A DNA stretch of 64,000 nt from a virus. Each line of letters begins with the position of its first letter. The stretch's first letter is position 1. A program made the position numbers and the translations under genes. The DNA lies in IMG/VR virus record IMGVR_UViG_3300009085_000002, positions 1 through 64,000 of that record, one strand, 5' to 3'. Positions 17,531-28,300 of the stretch are shown in pieces. The notes under the pieces were generated by a model that did not search any database, was not told the DNA's origin, and saw only the letters and a list, made by a program, of their open reading frames with translations.

Positions 17531-18706
17531 ATGCCAGACCTTTTAAAGAGTCTTAAATTTGGAGAAATGTTTGAAGTGGCTGATGCAGGAAGTTTTAATG
17601 CAACTTCTGTATCAGAAGAGCCTATTATCAATAAAGATAAAGAAACTAAAAAAGAGTCTAAGTTAGAAGTTACTACTGCTGATTTAGAAGATTTAATTAA
17701 CCCTAATAAAGTTGAAACTGAACAAACTTTAGAAACTAAACAAGAACCTATAACTAGTAAAGAAGAAACTAAAGATAAAAATTTAGGAATATTTCAATTA
17801 CTTCCAGAAGCATTAAAAGAAGATGGAGTACTTGAATTTTCTGATGAAGAGTTAAAATCTTTACAAGAAAGTTCTAAAGATGAATCTGAGTTATTTTACA
17901 ATGCTTTTAAAATAGGATTAGAGAGAAAGAAACAAACTGAGTTACAGGAGTATGTAAATTCTCTAGAAGGAGATTATAAAACTTATGCAGAAGCAAGAAT
18001 TAAAGGTATAGAGCCTGATGAGTTTGTAGGATTAAATAAACTATATACTTATCATAAATCTCTAACACCAGAAGTTTTATCTCAGGATATAGAATTAAGA
18101 AAAAGTATTTTAAAAGAATACTATACTCGAACAACTCAAATGTCAGAACAGGCAATTGATAATATAGTAGATACTGAAGTTAAAATAGAAAAGGATAAAA
18201 TAAATGCTCCTATTTATTTAAGTGACTTAGTAAAGTTAGATGAGTATGGTATGATACAAATGCAGAATGATGCTATATTAAAACAACAGGAAAGAGATAA
18301 ATCTATTAAAGAAAGACATACTAAACTTAAAAGTACAGTAGAATCTTTAGTAGATAAAGAAATATTACCAGGAATTAAGATTAAAAAAGATGAGTGCCAG
18401 AAGCTTTTATCTATGCAAACTGATATAGTAGATAAATCTGAAAGATTAAATGCTATAGGAGTTTATAGAAAAAAGATAGGAGCAGAAACTTTTGATATTG
18501 TTCTGGCTAAATTAATAAAAGAAGGTATATTTGAAAATAAGGCTAATAAGAAAATTGAAGATGTTGCTTCTTCTAAAAGTAAGAAAAACTTAATGGAGTT
18601 GCTTAATTCTGGAGAATTAAAGTTTAATAATTCTGGAGTTATTCCAAAGAAAACTTCTTCAAGTAGCAATGGTAGTATTTTCAAAATTAATAGAACAGGA
18701 AGCTAA
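17531..18706 (+). CDS. putative capsid scaffolding protein
   Basis: Acidic, helical, located between portal and MCP as in crAss-like phages. Confidence 0.7.
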   Translation: MPDLLKSLKFGEMFEVADAGSFNATSVSEEPIINKDKETKKESKLEVTTADLEDLINPNKVETEQTLETKQEPITSKEETKDKNLGIFQLLPEALKEDGVLEFSDEELKSLQESSKDESELFYNAFKIGLERKKQTELQEYVNSLEGDYKTYAEARIKGIEPDEFVGLNKLYTYHKSLTPEVLSQDIELRKSILKEYYTRTTQMSEQAIDNIVDTEVKIEKDKINAPIYLSDLVKLDEYGMIQMQNDAILKQQERDKSIKERHTKLKSTVESLVDKEILPGIKIKKDECQKLLSMQTDIVDKSERLNAIGVYRKKIGAETFDIVLAKLIKEGIFENKANKKIEDVASSKSKKNLMELLNSGELKFNNSGVIPKKTSSSSNGSIFKINRTGS

Positions 18707-18728
18707 ACTTTTTAAATAATATAAAACA

Positions 18729-20219
18729 ATGCAAATATCAAGACTGCAAGTGACAGATCCTGCACATTGGGCAGGTTTCACAGACGCTAATCACTTATAT
18801 ACAGTTGCTGGTAAAACTTCTCAACTAGTATCTGATGCTGTTGAACAGTTATATCAAGTAAACTTAGGAAGTGATGATATAGTAGCTTATTTGGACAAAT
18901 TTCCAGTAAGTTATGTAGAAGATGAAAATGTACCCTATAGGTGGTTAATTCAGGGTTATTCTGAGAGATCTATTCCTCTTATTAAGGCAACTATGGAAGA
19001 TATGTCTACTGCTCCAAGTGAAGCAGGTAAAGGACTTAGTACTTTCTATATGCACTTTGCTGAAAATTATTTTGGTAAATCTGAACAAATTGTAGGACAT
19101 AAACCAGATAAGTATGCTCTACTTATTTTAGAAGATCCTATTAATTTGGGTAGTACTTATGCATATAAAGTACAACTAGTAACTGGAGATAGAGATTTAT
19201 TTATTCCAGCTACAGAATTAACTGCTGGTAAGAAATGGTCATATGACTTTGGTTTAGTAACTAAAACTTTATCTAGAACAGGAAGTATTGTTAGACATTC
19301 TAGTCCTTACGCATTAGAAAATGATCTTTCTATGATTAGAAAAGAAGCTATTATTCCAGGTAATTTAATTAACTTTAAAACTGGTGAAAATGGTCCATTA
19401 GCATTTAAATTTGTAAATGATGAGGGTAAACCACAAGTATCTTGGATTTCTAAATTAGATTGGGATATGCTTACTCAATTTAGGAGAGATAGATCAAGGT
19501 TATATATGTATGGTAAATCTAATAAGAAACCTGATGGAACTTTTGGGAATCTAGGTGATTCTGGTTATGAAATTCAAAGTGGCTTTGGTCTATTAGAACA
19601 AGTAAGTTCTTCTAATATATTCTATTATAATTCGTTTACTGCTGATTGGTTAGGAAATATTGGTGGTCAGATGACTTATGGTAAAGTACAAGAGGACTTA
19701 AGAAATTTTGTTCTTGTTACTGGAGAAGCTGGTGCTGAATTATTCCATAAAGCAATGGAAGATAAAGCTGCTGGTATTACTTATCTATTTAATGAATCCA
19801 GATTAAAAGACCAAAAAGGAAGATTAAGTTTATCTGGTCAATTTGTATCCTATGGTTATATTAATGGTATACAATATACTGTACTAATTGATCCTATGAA
19901 AGATGATCCTATTAGAAATAAAGAATATGGTGCTGATGGTAGGTTATTATCTTCTAAAGAATTTGAAATCATAGATTTTGGTACAGCTAATGGTAAGCCA
20001 AATATTCAGAAAGTATTACTAAGTGGTAATAGATCTGATATTTATAGGTATATTGATGGATTTAGAAGTCCTTATACTATGTATAACAATACTAATACTC
20101 CTACAGTAACTTCTAGTAAAGTTGATGGATATGAACTTCTTAGAGGTCATATAGGTGGAGTTAAAATTAATAACCCAATGAGAGCTGGCAGGTTGCTCCC
20201 AAGTGAATATTTAGCATAA
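18729..20219 (+). CDS. major capsid protein
   Basis: 496 aa; crAss-type N-terminus (WAGFTDANHL), SGFGLLEQ, VLVTGEAG and C-terminal DGYE...GVKINNP motifs. Confidence 0.9.
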   Translation: MQISRLQVTDPAHWAGFTDANHLYTVAGKTSQLVSDAVEQLYQVNLGSDDIVAYLDKFPVSYVEDENVPYRWLIQGYSERSIPLIKATMEDMSTAPSEAGKGLSTFYMHFAENYFGKSEQIVGHKPDKYALLILEDPINLGSTYAYKVQLVTGDRDLFIPATELTAGKKWSYDFGLVTKTLSRTGSIVRHSSPYALENDLSMIRKEAIIPGNLINFKTGENGPLAFKFVNDEGKPQVSWISKLDWDMLTQFRRDRSRLYMYGKSNKKPDGTFGNLGDSGYEIQSGFGLLEQVSSSNIFYYNSFTADWLGNIGGQMTYGKVQEDLRNFVLVTGEAGAELFHKAMEDKAAGITYLFNESRLKDQKGRLSLSGQFVSYGYINGIQYTVLIDPMKDDPIRNKEYGADGRLLSSKEFEIIDFGTANGKPNIQKVLLSGNRSDIYRYIDGFRSPYTMYNNTNTPTVTSSKVDGYELLRGHIGGVKINNPMRAGRLLPSEYLA

Positions 20220-20231
20220 TAAAATTAGTTT

Positions 20232-21143
20232 ATGAGTGAAAATATTTCTTTAAGAGAAAAATATTTACCAAATAAAAAGGTGATGTTAAAACCATTACCT
20301 AAAGGAAACAGTATGATTGGAAATGATTCATCCCACAAAGGTTATTTTATGTGGGATGGCACTTCCGTCAATATTCCTTTACCTAAAGTAAAAGAAACTG
20401 GTAGATTAATAGATATTTTTGAGAGCCAAGAGGAAAGAGAATTCTTTGCTAAAGAATTAGGAGTTCCTGTTGAAAGATTAAATGTAAATAATAAACAAAG
20501 TATTTTTAATGAAGATGACTTTATAGTCAAAGTTAGGAAAGATGAAAATTTGATGAAAACTGGTATAGTATTAGATTTATCAAATGTTGTAGAAAATATT
20601 CATTATAGAATACTTACTAAATGTTCTTCATTAGTATCTCCTTCTTGGAATGAAAGAAATGAAAAACCAGGAGAATATAGATTTGTTCTAGTAGATAAAG
20701 ATGAAGCAAAAGCAGATGCTTCTGAACTTATGAAAAAGAAAGCTAGGGCTTGGGGAATATTAAATAAATTAAATAAGAGTAAGGAAGATTTATATTCATT
20801 CTTATATATTTATAATCTTGAAAATAAAGTAACTGGAATTCTTCCAGAAGATTGTCTTAAAGAAGAATATTTTACAATGTTAGCAGAGATAGTAGAGAAG
20901 AGTCCAGATTCAGTTATTAATCTAGATAAAGATGCAGACTTTCAGGAAAAAATTCTAATACAAAGAGCTATTAAAGAAGGTTTTATAGAATATAGTGCTA
21001 AACATAATAGTTTTAGTATTTATAGCAAAGATGGAGATTTTAAAGTATTAGGTAATAGTTTAAAGAAAGTAGTTGCTTTTTATAAAGATGATATTAATTC
21101 TGAAGAAAGATTACTTTTAGAAGCTAAATTAAAAAATAAATAA
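20232..21143 (+). CDS. conserved crAss-like protein downstream of MCP
   Basis: Synteny; LDLSNV...YRIL and YRFVLVD motifs. Confidence 0.7.
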   Translation: MSENISLREKYLPNKKVMLKPLPKGNSMIGNDSSHKGYFMWDGTSVNIPLPKVKETGRLIDIFESQEEREFFAKELGVPVERLNVNNKQSIFNEDDFIVKVRKDENLMKTGIVLDLSNVVENIHYRILTKCSSLVSPSWNERNEKPGEYRFVLVDKDEAKADASELMKKKARAWGILNKLNKSKEDLYSFLYIYNLENKVTGILPEDCLKEEYFTMLAEIVEKSPDSVINLDKDADFQEKILIQRAIKEGFIEYSAKHNSFSIYSKDGDFKVLGNSLKKVVAFYKDDINSEERLLLEAKLKNK

Positions 21144-21152
21144 ATCTAAACA

Positions 21153-21989
21153 ATGACAGCAGAAGAAATGCAATACAGTTGTCAGGTGCAGTTTGATGTT
21201 TTAACTAACTATTCTGCACCTGGCATTTCTGCTAAAGAGTGGTCATCACTTCTTACAGAATCTCAGGAAGAAATACTAAGAGAAAAAATAGATTCTATTT
21301 TTCCTTCTAGAGAGATTACTATAGAAGAAACTGAAAAAATTGCAAATTATTTTAATTTAATAATAACTTCTTCTTCTGTTTCAAACACTGGAGCTTTAAC
21401 TCGTATAGTAGTAGATACTGGAAAGTTTATAAAAGAAAGTGGAGTAGCTAATGTAGAAATGACTTTTGGAAATAATATTTTTCATATTTTACATGAAAGA
21501 TTTACTAGTACTAATAATGGAGAACCTATTGTAACAACTGAGTATAAAGTTACACCTATTCCACATAATTTTATTAAAAATAATTTAGATAATCCTTTTA
21601 AAAAGCCAACTGATACTGAAATATGGAGAATAAAATATAATGATTCTGGATCTGCTCCTATAACTAAACATCAGTTAATATTTTCAGATTCACAATCTTC
21701 TACTTTATCAACATTATTACTTTATTGTACATATTATGTAAGATATTATAAAGTACCTCCTCCTATAATTATATATGATGATTCTTATGCTGATGAACCA
21801 GATACATCAACTATAAGAGGAGTAATTTTAAATACTATAAGCACTAGTAGTAATTGTTTATTAAGTCAAATAATTCATCCAGAAATAGTTACAAATGCAG
21901 TTAATAAAGCACTTGCAATCTATAAAGATAGTGCTGGATTACAATCAGAACAGTTAAAGGAAAATTTAAATCAAATACAAGATAAATAA
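21153..21989 (+). CDS. tail ring/adaptor protein
   Basis: FDVLTNYSAPG...EWSSLLTESQEE, NPFKKP, YYVRYYKVPPPII, IHPEIV...AV motifs of crAss ring proteins. Confidence 0.75.
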   Translation: MTAEEMQYSCQVQFDVLTNYSAPGISAKEWSSLLTESQEEILREKIDSIFPSREITIEETEKIANYFNLIITSSSVSNTGALTRIVVDTGKFIKESGVANVEMTFGNNIFHILHERFTSTNNGEPIVTTEYKVTPIPHNFIKNNLDNPFKKPTDTEIWRIKYNDSGSAPITKHQLIFSDSQSSTLSTLLLYCTYYVRYYKVPPPIIIYDDSYADEPDTSTIRGVILNTISTSSNCLLSQIIHPEIVTNAVNKALAIYKDSAGLQSEQLKENLNQIQDK

Positions 21990-23089
21990 TGGCACTAGAT
22001 AGATTACAAGAGTATTCAGATGATTTATTTCTACATATAAAAAGTGTACAAGACTCTGTTGAAGTTAGATACAAACAGTATAGACACATAAAAGAAGTAT
22101 TAGATTCTTATGCTAGTGCTATAGAAATATTACAAGCTGCTGGAGAATTAGAGTGGGATACTATTACTATTAATACTATAGAAAATAAAGATGAAACTTA
22201 TATAGATATAAATGCAGATATACAATGTGATGCTATAGAGTGTACTGGATTAACTAGTACTGGAGATGTAGTAATAAGTGGAGAACATAATCTATCAATT
22301 GGAAATATGTTAACTGTAGATGAAGATACTACGCTTAAAGGAGATGTTCAGATATTAAGAACTCTATTAGTAGATGTTATAACTGAAAAAACTAATAATA
22401 CTGGTACTACTATAGAAGGAGTTTTACTCAAAGATAGTAAAATTTCAGCAGGAACAGCCCCACCTACAACGGGAGATATTAATGCGACTACTTTAGTAGT
22501 AAAAACTACTTTAGATGTTCAAAGTGGGGGAAATCTTAAATCTAATAATATTATTCCTAGTAGTGGAACTGTGATAGATGCACAAGCTACTACTGTTACT
22601 CTAGGACCATTAGGAACTAAAACAACTATAAATAGTACAGGATTAGCTACAGTTAAAATTTCTACATTAGAATTAGGAGTTTCCACAGAAGGAACTAATG
22701 TTAATATAAAAGAAGCTAAAGATAATTTAACTACAGTAGGAATTGCAAGCGCTAATTATACTATATTAGATTCTGATAGAGTATTGGTAGTAAGTGATTC
22801 TACTACTTTTGGAAATACAAAACTTATAATAGGAAATCCTTCTGAAGATAAGATTGGAAAGACAACCTGGATACATAACGAATCTGTAAATGATGTTTTA
22901 TTAACTACTTTGACTTATAATGGTAGTTATACTATTAATAATAAGGTAATTGGAGAAGCTAAAGATGGTGTAATAATACCTGACAGAAGTTATATTAAAG
23001 TTATTTGTATTACTAGTACTAGTTATATTGCTCATTTATTGTCTGAGACTAAATTAACTACTTATGAAGACCCTGGTGAGGGTGTTTAA
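21989..23089 (+). CDS. putative fibre/structural protein
   Basis: Thr/Gly-rich beta-repeat character (VDVITEKTNNTGTTIEGVLLKD; NYTILDSD) in the structural operon. Confidence 0.55.
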   Translation: MALDRLQEYSDDLFLHIKSVQDSVEVRYKQYRHIKEVLDSYASAIEILQAAGELEWDTITINTIENKDETYIDINADIQCDAIECTGLTSTGDVVISGEHNLSIGNMLTVDEDTTLKGDVQILRTLLVDVITEKTNNTGTTIEGVLLKDSKISAGTAPPTTGDINATTLVVKTTLDVQSGGNLKSNNIIPSSGTVIDAQATTVTLGPLGTKTTINSTGLATVKISTLELGVSTEGTNVNIKEAKDNLTTVGIASANYTILDSDRVLVVSDSTTFGNTKLIIGNPSEDKIGKTTWIHNESVNDVLLTTLTYNGSYTINNKVIGEAKDGVIIPDRSYIKVICITSTSYIAHLLSETKLTTYEDPGEGV

Positions 23090-23133
23090 ATATAAAATAA
23101 TTAATTATTTATTAACTTAAAAATTTATAAAAA

Positions 23134-24684
23134 ATGCAAAGTCAAAAACATCTAGTAAGAACTTTTGTAGCAAAAGATACAAATAACCTTACTTATGGAG
23201 CACTTATAAATGACTATTCAGATATGGCAGACGGCCAAATTGCAGTCATTGATAATGATAATAAAACAGTTGGTATTAGCGCAGCTACCAACACTATAAC
23301 TGGAAAAACTGTTGTTAGATTAGTTTGTAGGAGAGGAACAGAATTATTTTATTCTCCTTTTATAACTAAAGCTACAGTTGCAGCTAAAATAGTAGAAACT
23401 GCTGCTGCTGTGGAACAGGTAACTTATATTGGTTACAATGGAGCTTCTGGAAGTATTGATACTACTACAAGTAATGAATTTTTCATTAAAGTAATAGATC
23501 AAAGCACTATAGATTCTGATAGGATTAATAGATGGACAGCACAATATGTTTCTAAAGCTTCTACTTCTGAAGCAACTATTTCTCAGAATCTTACCTGGAG
23601 TTTATTGGAAAATATGAACAAAACTATAGGATCTTATCCTAAAACTATGTTTAAGATTTCTAGAATTAATTCTAATGCTTTAGTATCAGCAAATGATTTT
23701 GTTAATGGTATTAAAGTAGTTAATGGTTATAATGTAATTGTTGGTGCAGCTAAAATTACTTTAACTGGTACTTCTGGTACTGCAAATGTTACAGGTATTG
23801 GTGGGTTAACTAAGCTTGCTACTTTTGATACAAATTTAACTACAACTGCTACTAATTTTGTAACTGCTCATGCTGCTGCTTATCTTGCCGTAGGAGTTAC
23901 ATTAACTTCTAGTACTACTAGTTTAATATTTACTCCTACTACTGCTTATGATTATTTAGCAGATCCAGTTATTACTAATGCAACAACAGATTTAGCAGGT
24001 ACAGTATTTACAGCTTTTGAGTATACTACTAATACTGATGCAGTTGTTGGTGATTATATTAGATTAGGCGCAACTACTACTACAGCATGTGCATTAACAT
24101 CTAGTGTTTATAAAATTACAGCTTTGTCTGGTAATAAAATTACCTTAGATATTCCTATAGTTGAAGCAACAGGTACTTATGCTGCTGGATCTGCTTATCA
24201 TGAAGTTATTCCTGCTGCAACTGCTGATGCTGCTGATTTTGGTATTAAAATTCAAGGTATTTCTAGATTTACTTATGATACTTATAGACCTGGTTATACC
24301 AGATATTATAAAAATAAATTTATTGTAGGTCTTGAAAACTTTACTAATACTGTAGTTACTTATACTACTGCTGGTTATGATGGTATTGGACAATATTATC
24401 AAGTAGCAGAAATGGAATGGTTTGATTATGGGCATCAAGGTAAATATCTAAGAGTAGGTAATCCATCTCCAGAATTTTCATTAAATGCAACTTCTGGTAA
24501 ATCTTATGACTGTATTAGTTTTACTGATGTTATTAAACATACTAGTATAGTATCAGGAGATGCAGATGCACCATTTACAATTCATTTATACTTACCATCA
24601 GATTCTACAAATGCTTATGATAATGATAAGACAGTTCAAATGATAGAAGACTGGTTAAGTATAACTCTAAAAGATTATTCCTAA
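23134..24684 (+). CDS. auxiliary capsid (decoration) protein with inserted domain
   Basis: N-terminal VRTFVAK and C-terminal GIGQYYQVAEMEWFDYGHQGKYLR resemble the crAss auxiliary capsid family; Ala/Thr-rich insert; followed by terminator. Confidence 0.65.
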   Translation: MQSQKHLVRTFVAKDTNNLTYGALINDYSDMADGQIAVIDNDNKTVGISAATNTITGKTVVRLVCRRGTELFYSPFITKATVAAKIVETAAAVEQVTYIGYNGASGSIDTTTSNEFFIKVIDQSTIDSDRINRWTAQYVSKASTSEATISQNLTWSLLENMNKTIGSYPKTMFKISRINSNALVSANDFVNGIKVVNGYNVIVGAAKITLTGTSGTANVTGIGGLTKLATFDTNLTTTATNFVTAHAAAYLAVGVTLTSSTTSLIFTPTTAYDYLADPVITNATTDLAGTVFTAFEYTTNTDAVVGDYIRLGATTTTACALTSSVYKITALSGNKITLDIPIVEATGTYAAGSAYHEVIPAATADAADFGIKIQGISRFTYDTYRPGYTRYYKNKFIVGLENFTNTVVTYTTAGYDGIGQYYQVAEMEWFDYGHQGKYLRVGNPSPEFSLNATSGKSYDCISFTDVIKHTSIVSGDADAPFTIHLYLPSDSTNAYDNDKTVQMIEDWLSITLKDYS

Positions 24685-24696
24685 TATTTAAATTAA

Positions 24697-24730
24697 TATA
24701 AGGCTCTATAAAAGGAGCCTTATACTTTTC
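24697..24730 (+). terminator. intrinsic terminator of the head operon
   Basis: TAAGGCTC...GAGCCTTA then ACTTTT. Confidence 0.7.
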
Positions 24731-24740
24731 TTATAATTTA

Positions 24741-24772
24741 TTTGACAATTAACTTAAATTTTATTATCTTTG
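24741..24772 (+). promoter_or_regulatory. Bacteroidota primary-sigma promoter
   Basis: TTTG-N20-TATCTTTG. Confidence 0.8.
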
Positions 24773-24776
24773 TTAT

Positions 24777-24944
24777 ATGGCAAAAACTAAATATAAGCCT
24801 AAAGGAAAGTTAGGTTTAGGCACAAGATTTAAACAGCTTACTAAAAAAGTAGGTTCTTCTACTTTAGCTGCGTGGATAGGTAGAAAAAAATATGGTAAAT
24901 CTAAATTTCAAAGTCTAGCAACTAAAGGAAGAAAGGATAAATAA
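24777..24944 (+). CDS. small very basic protein (55 aa, not in ORF track), probably leaderless
   Basis: MAKTKYKPKGKLGLGTRFKQLTKKVGSSTLAAWIGRKKYGKSKFQSLATKGRKDK*; ATG begins 5 nt after the -7 box. Confidence 0.75.
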   Translation: MAKTKYKPKGKLGLGTRFKQLTKKVGSSTLAAWIGRKKYGKSKFQSLATKGRKDK

Positions 24945-24945
24945 T

Positions 24946-25305
24946 ATGTCTGTAACTATACCAGGATTAGCCACTCTAATAGAGTCTTTTAGAATATTTT
25001 ATGAGAAAAATCCAAAGAAAATGATTGAAAATAGGGAGTACCAAAAAGTACTTCCTTATATGTTATTATTATTAGAACAAATTAAGCCTATCTTAGAAGC
25101 TATACAAACAATATTTAATACATTTTTATTTACAGCTTCTTTAGTTGTTGTAGATGGATATATTTATTTTTGTGTTGATTCTAGTTTAAACATTAATTTA
25201 GTAGGAACTATTAGAATGGGAGAATCTGATGATGGTTTCTTTGTAATTGATAGGTTAACAATTGCTAGTGATCCTCCTGTATGGGATAATTTATTTAAAA
25301 GTTAA
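24946..25305 (+). CDS. hypothetical (possibly structural) protein
   Basis: 119-aa ORF coupled to the upstream gene. Confidence 0.7.
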   Translation: MSVTIPGLATLIESFRIFYEKNPKKMIENREYQKVLPYMLLLLEQIKPILEAIQTIFNTFLFTASLVVVDGYIYFCVDSSLNINLVGTIRMGESDDGFFVIDRLTIASDPPVWDNLFKS

Positions 25306-25315
25306 AAATATAAGT

Positions 25316-28300
25316 ATGAAAAAAAAGATATTATTATGTTTAATGCTATTAGGTTCTTTATTATGTCATGGTCAATTTGATACTTCTTTTTTTTATAAGA
25401 ATGTAAAAATACAAAATAAGGACTTAGTAGTTGATACAGTTAAACTTAGATATGGAATATTATTTAGTAATGGAAGTTATCAGAGTATAGCTTTTGCTTC
25501 TAGTAATTATTATACAAAGTTACAAATAAATGATACTTTATTAGATTATTTAAGAAGTAATAATGATACAGCTACAAATTTAAGCATATCTGATTCACTT
25601 CTTAAATTCAATATGGGTAATAACTCTATATTATTTTTTGATGATACAGGAAATGTATATATAGGTAATTATCCTACAGTTCCAACACCTTCAGGTACCA
25701 GGAATGTTTTTATTGGATATCGTACTGGTTGGAAAGTTACAACTGGTTATGGTAATATAGGTATTGGATATCTATCATTAGATTCAGTAACTACTGGCAA
25801 TAAAATTGTATCAATAGGTGACTACTCAGGAACTAGAATTAAAACAGGTAATTCAAGTTTATTTATTGGATCTTTTTCAGGTCAAAATACACAAACTACA
25901 TCTGGACAGACTAATACGTTTGTAGGATATGGTTCTGGAACTCAAAATACAACAGGTTATGAAAATGCTTATTATGGTTCATTCTCTGGTAATCAAAATA
26001 TAACTGGAATAAGAAATACTGCTTTAGGTGAATATAATTATTATGGAGATTCAGCTAATGCAGGTAGTTATAATGTCTATGTGGGTTATGGGGTTGCAAG
26101 ACAAAATAGAGGGAACTTAAATATAATGCTAGGTGCATATTCTGGTTATGCTAATGTGGCTAATCAATATACAGGAGATACAAATATTTATTTAGGACCA
26201 TACTCAGGTTATGGATCTTATGGTGATAAAAATATTTATTTAGGCCCATATGCTGGTTATAATCAAACATCAGAAGATAATCTTCTCTTGATTGGCAATC
26301 AAAACTATGGATCTAAAGCCAACGAGTATACAAATTCTCTATTATACGGTAATTTTAGTACAAAACGATTATATATAAACAATTGGGTAAGTACTGATAC
26401 TATAGAAAACACAGACTCATTAACAATAAAGGCAAGTTCAAATGTTTTTAAATTTAAAAATGATGGGTTTCATGTTGGTACTAATGCAGATGGTTCTATA
26501 TATACAGGTAGTTTAACTTTTGGAAATGGTGCAAATATAGCAGATTCTTATAATACAATACAATTAGAAGATGATACTTTATTAATACGAAATACTGCAA
26601 ATGATAGCATTACATTAATACCAGGCGATACAGCTAAAATAGTATCAAATCATGATGATATATATATTAAAGAATTAACAACAGATTCAATTCATAATTT
26701 TAAAACTGATAGAATAGTTATTCCAGATCAGACATTATATAAAGGAACTCAATATTGGGGTAATAACTTAGGAGGTCGTTATTTAACTACTATAGGTGGT
26801 AATAATGTACCAGGGTGGGGAAACATAAGTGTAGGTGATAGTGCTGGAATGAATATTACTAACGGACACTATAATACATTTTTAGGCTTTAAGGCAGGAT
26901 ATGCAGCAACGCAGGCAATGGCAAATACTTGTATAGGTTATAGATCAGGGGAAAAAATAATTGGGAACGATACTATTTTTTATAACAGTGGAGTTGGATA
27001 TGCCAATACTTTCGTAGGCAGTCAGGCAGGACGTGACTGTGATACAGGAGGTTATAATACAGGTGTTGGTGTTGATGTACTACATAATTTAACCGGAGGC
27101 AAAAATAATTGTGCATTTGGGGTGCATGCTGGAAACAATACTACAGTAGGCATGTACAATTGTTATTTTGGATTTAGTTCTGGTTATAATAATACGACAG
27201 GGAGTTACAACGTAGCAATAGGATTAAATGCATTAACAGGAGGTGTTACTGTTAGTAATGCCGTAGGTATAGGACTGAATGCAGGAGCAGCTAACTTGGT
27301 AGATGGCAATATATTTATTGGTGGGCAGTCAGGTATAGCTAACACAACAGGTGCTGCTAACCAATATTTAGGATATTATGCAGGACGTTATAATCAATCA
27401 GGTGAAAATAACACTTTCTTTGGTAATTACGCAGGATATAATATGAATGGTGGTGGATACAATGTATTCATTGGCCACCAAGCCGGATATGGATCAACAG
27501 GTATTACTACACGTTATTACAACACAATGATAGGTTGTCAGGTAGCTACTGCCAACCAGGGGAACGCCAATACAATTATAGGATATCAGGCGCAGAAAAC
27601 AGCCACAAATGCAGGATCATGCACGATGATAGGGTATAAAGCCGGATATTATGAAACTGGTAATTATAAACTATATATAGCTAATTCAGACGATAGAACC
27701 CCTTTGATATATGGTGAGTTTGACAATAATAAAATAAATGTTAATGGTTCATTCGCTATCACAACTGAAAGCAATATGGGTTTAACTGATTCATGTGAAA
27801 AAACAACATTCAGTTCAGGAAATCCAGTACATACAATGATGGCTACAGACGGAGATGATTGGAGTTATACTATTAATACATCCGATCAGGCATTATTTCA
27901 AAATGCTGGTGGAGGGTATGTGTTTGATAATGATTTAAGTTATGAATTGAGACATGCATATATGGATTTTCAAGATAGCTCAGAAGTTGTTAATGTATCT
28001 CAAAACGTATATAGTTACATTACAAATGATAATAAAACATTGTTTACAACAATAGAGGCTTCAAATATTACAGAATCTGGTGATACATTGACAATAATAA
28101 CACCTGGTGATTATATTATAATGTTTTCATTTGAAGTTGAAAACTCATCGGTGGGTGATAGATATAGAATTGGTATTTTTAAAAACAACATAAAAGTTTT
28201 TTCTATAGGACAAAAATTCCCATCTGCCTCAGATACTAAAATAATATCAGGGTTTTATTATTTTGAGAATTTAGTAGCTGGGGATGATATTAGTTTTAGA

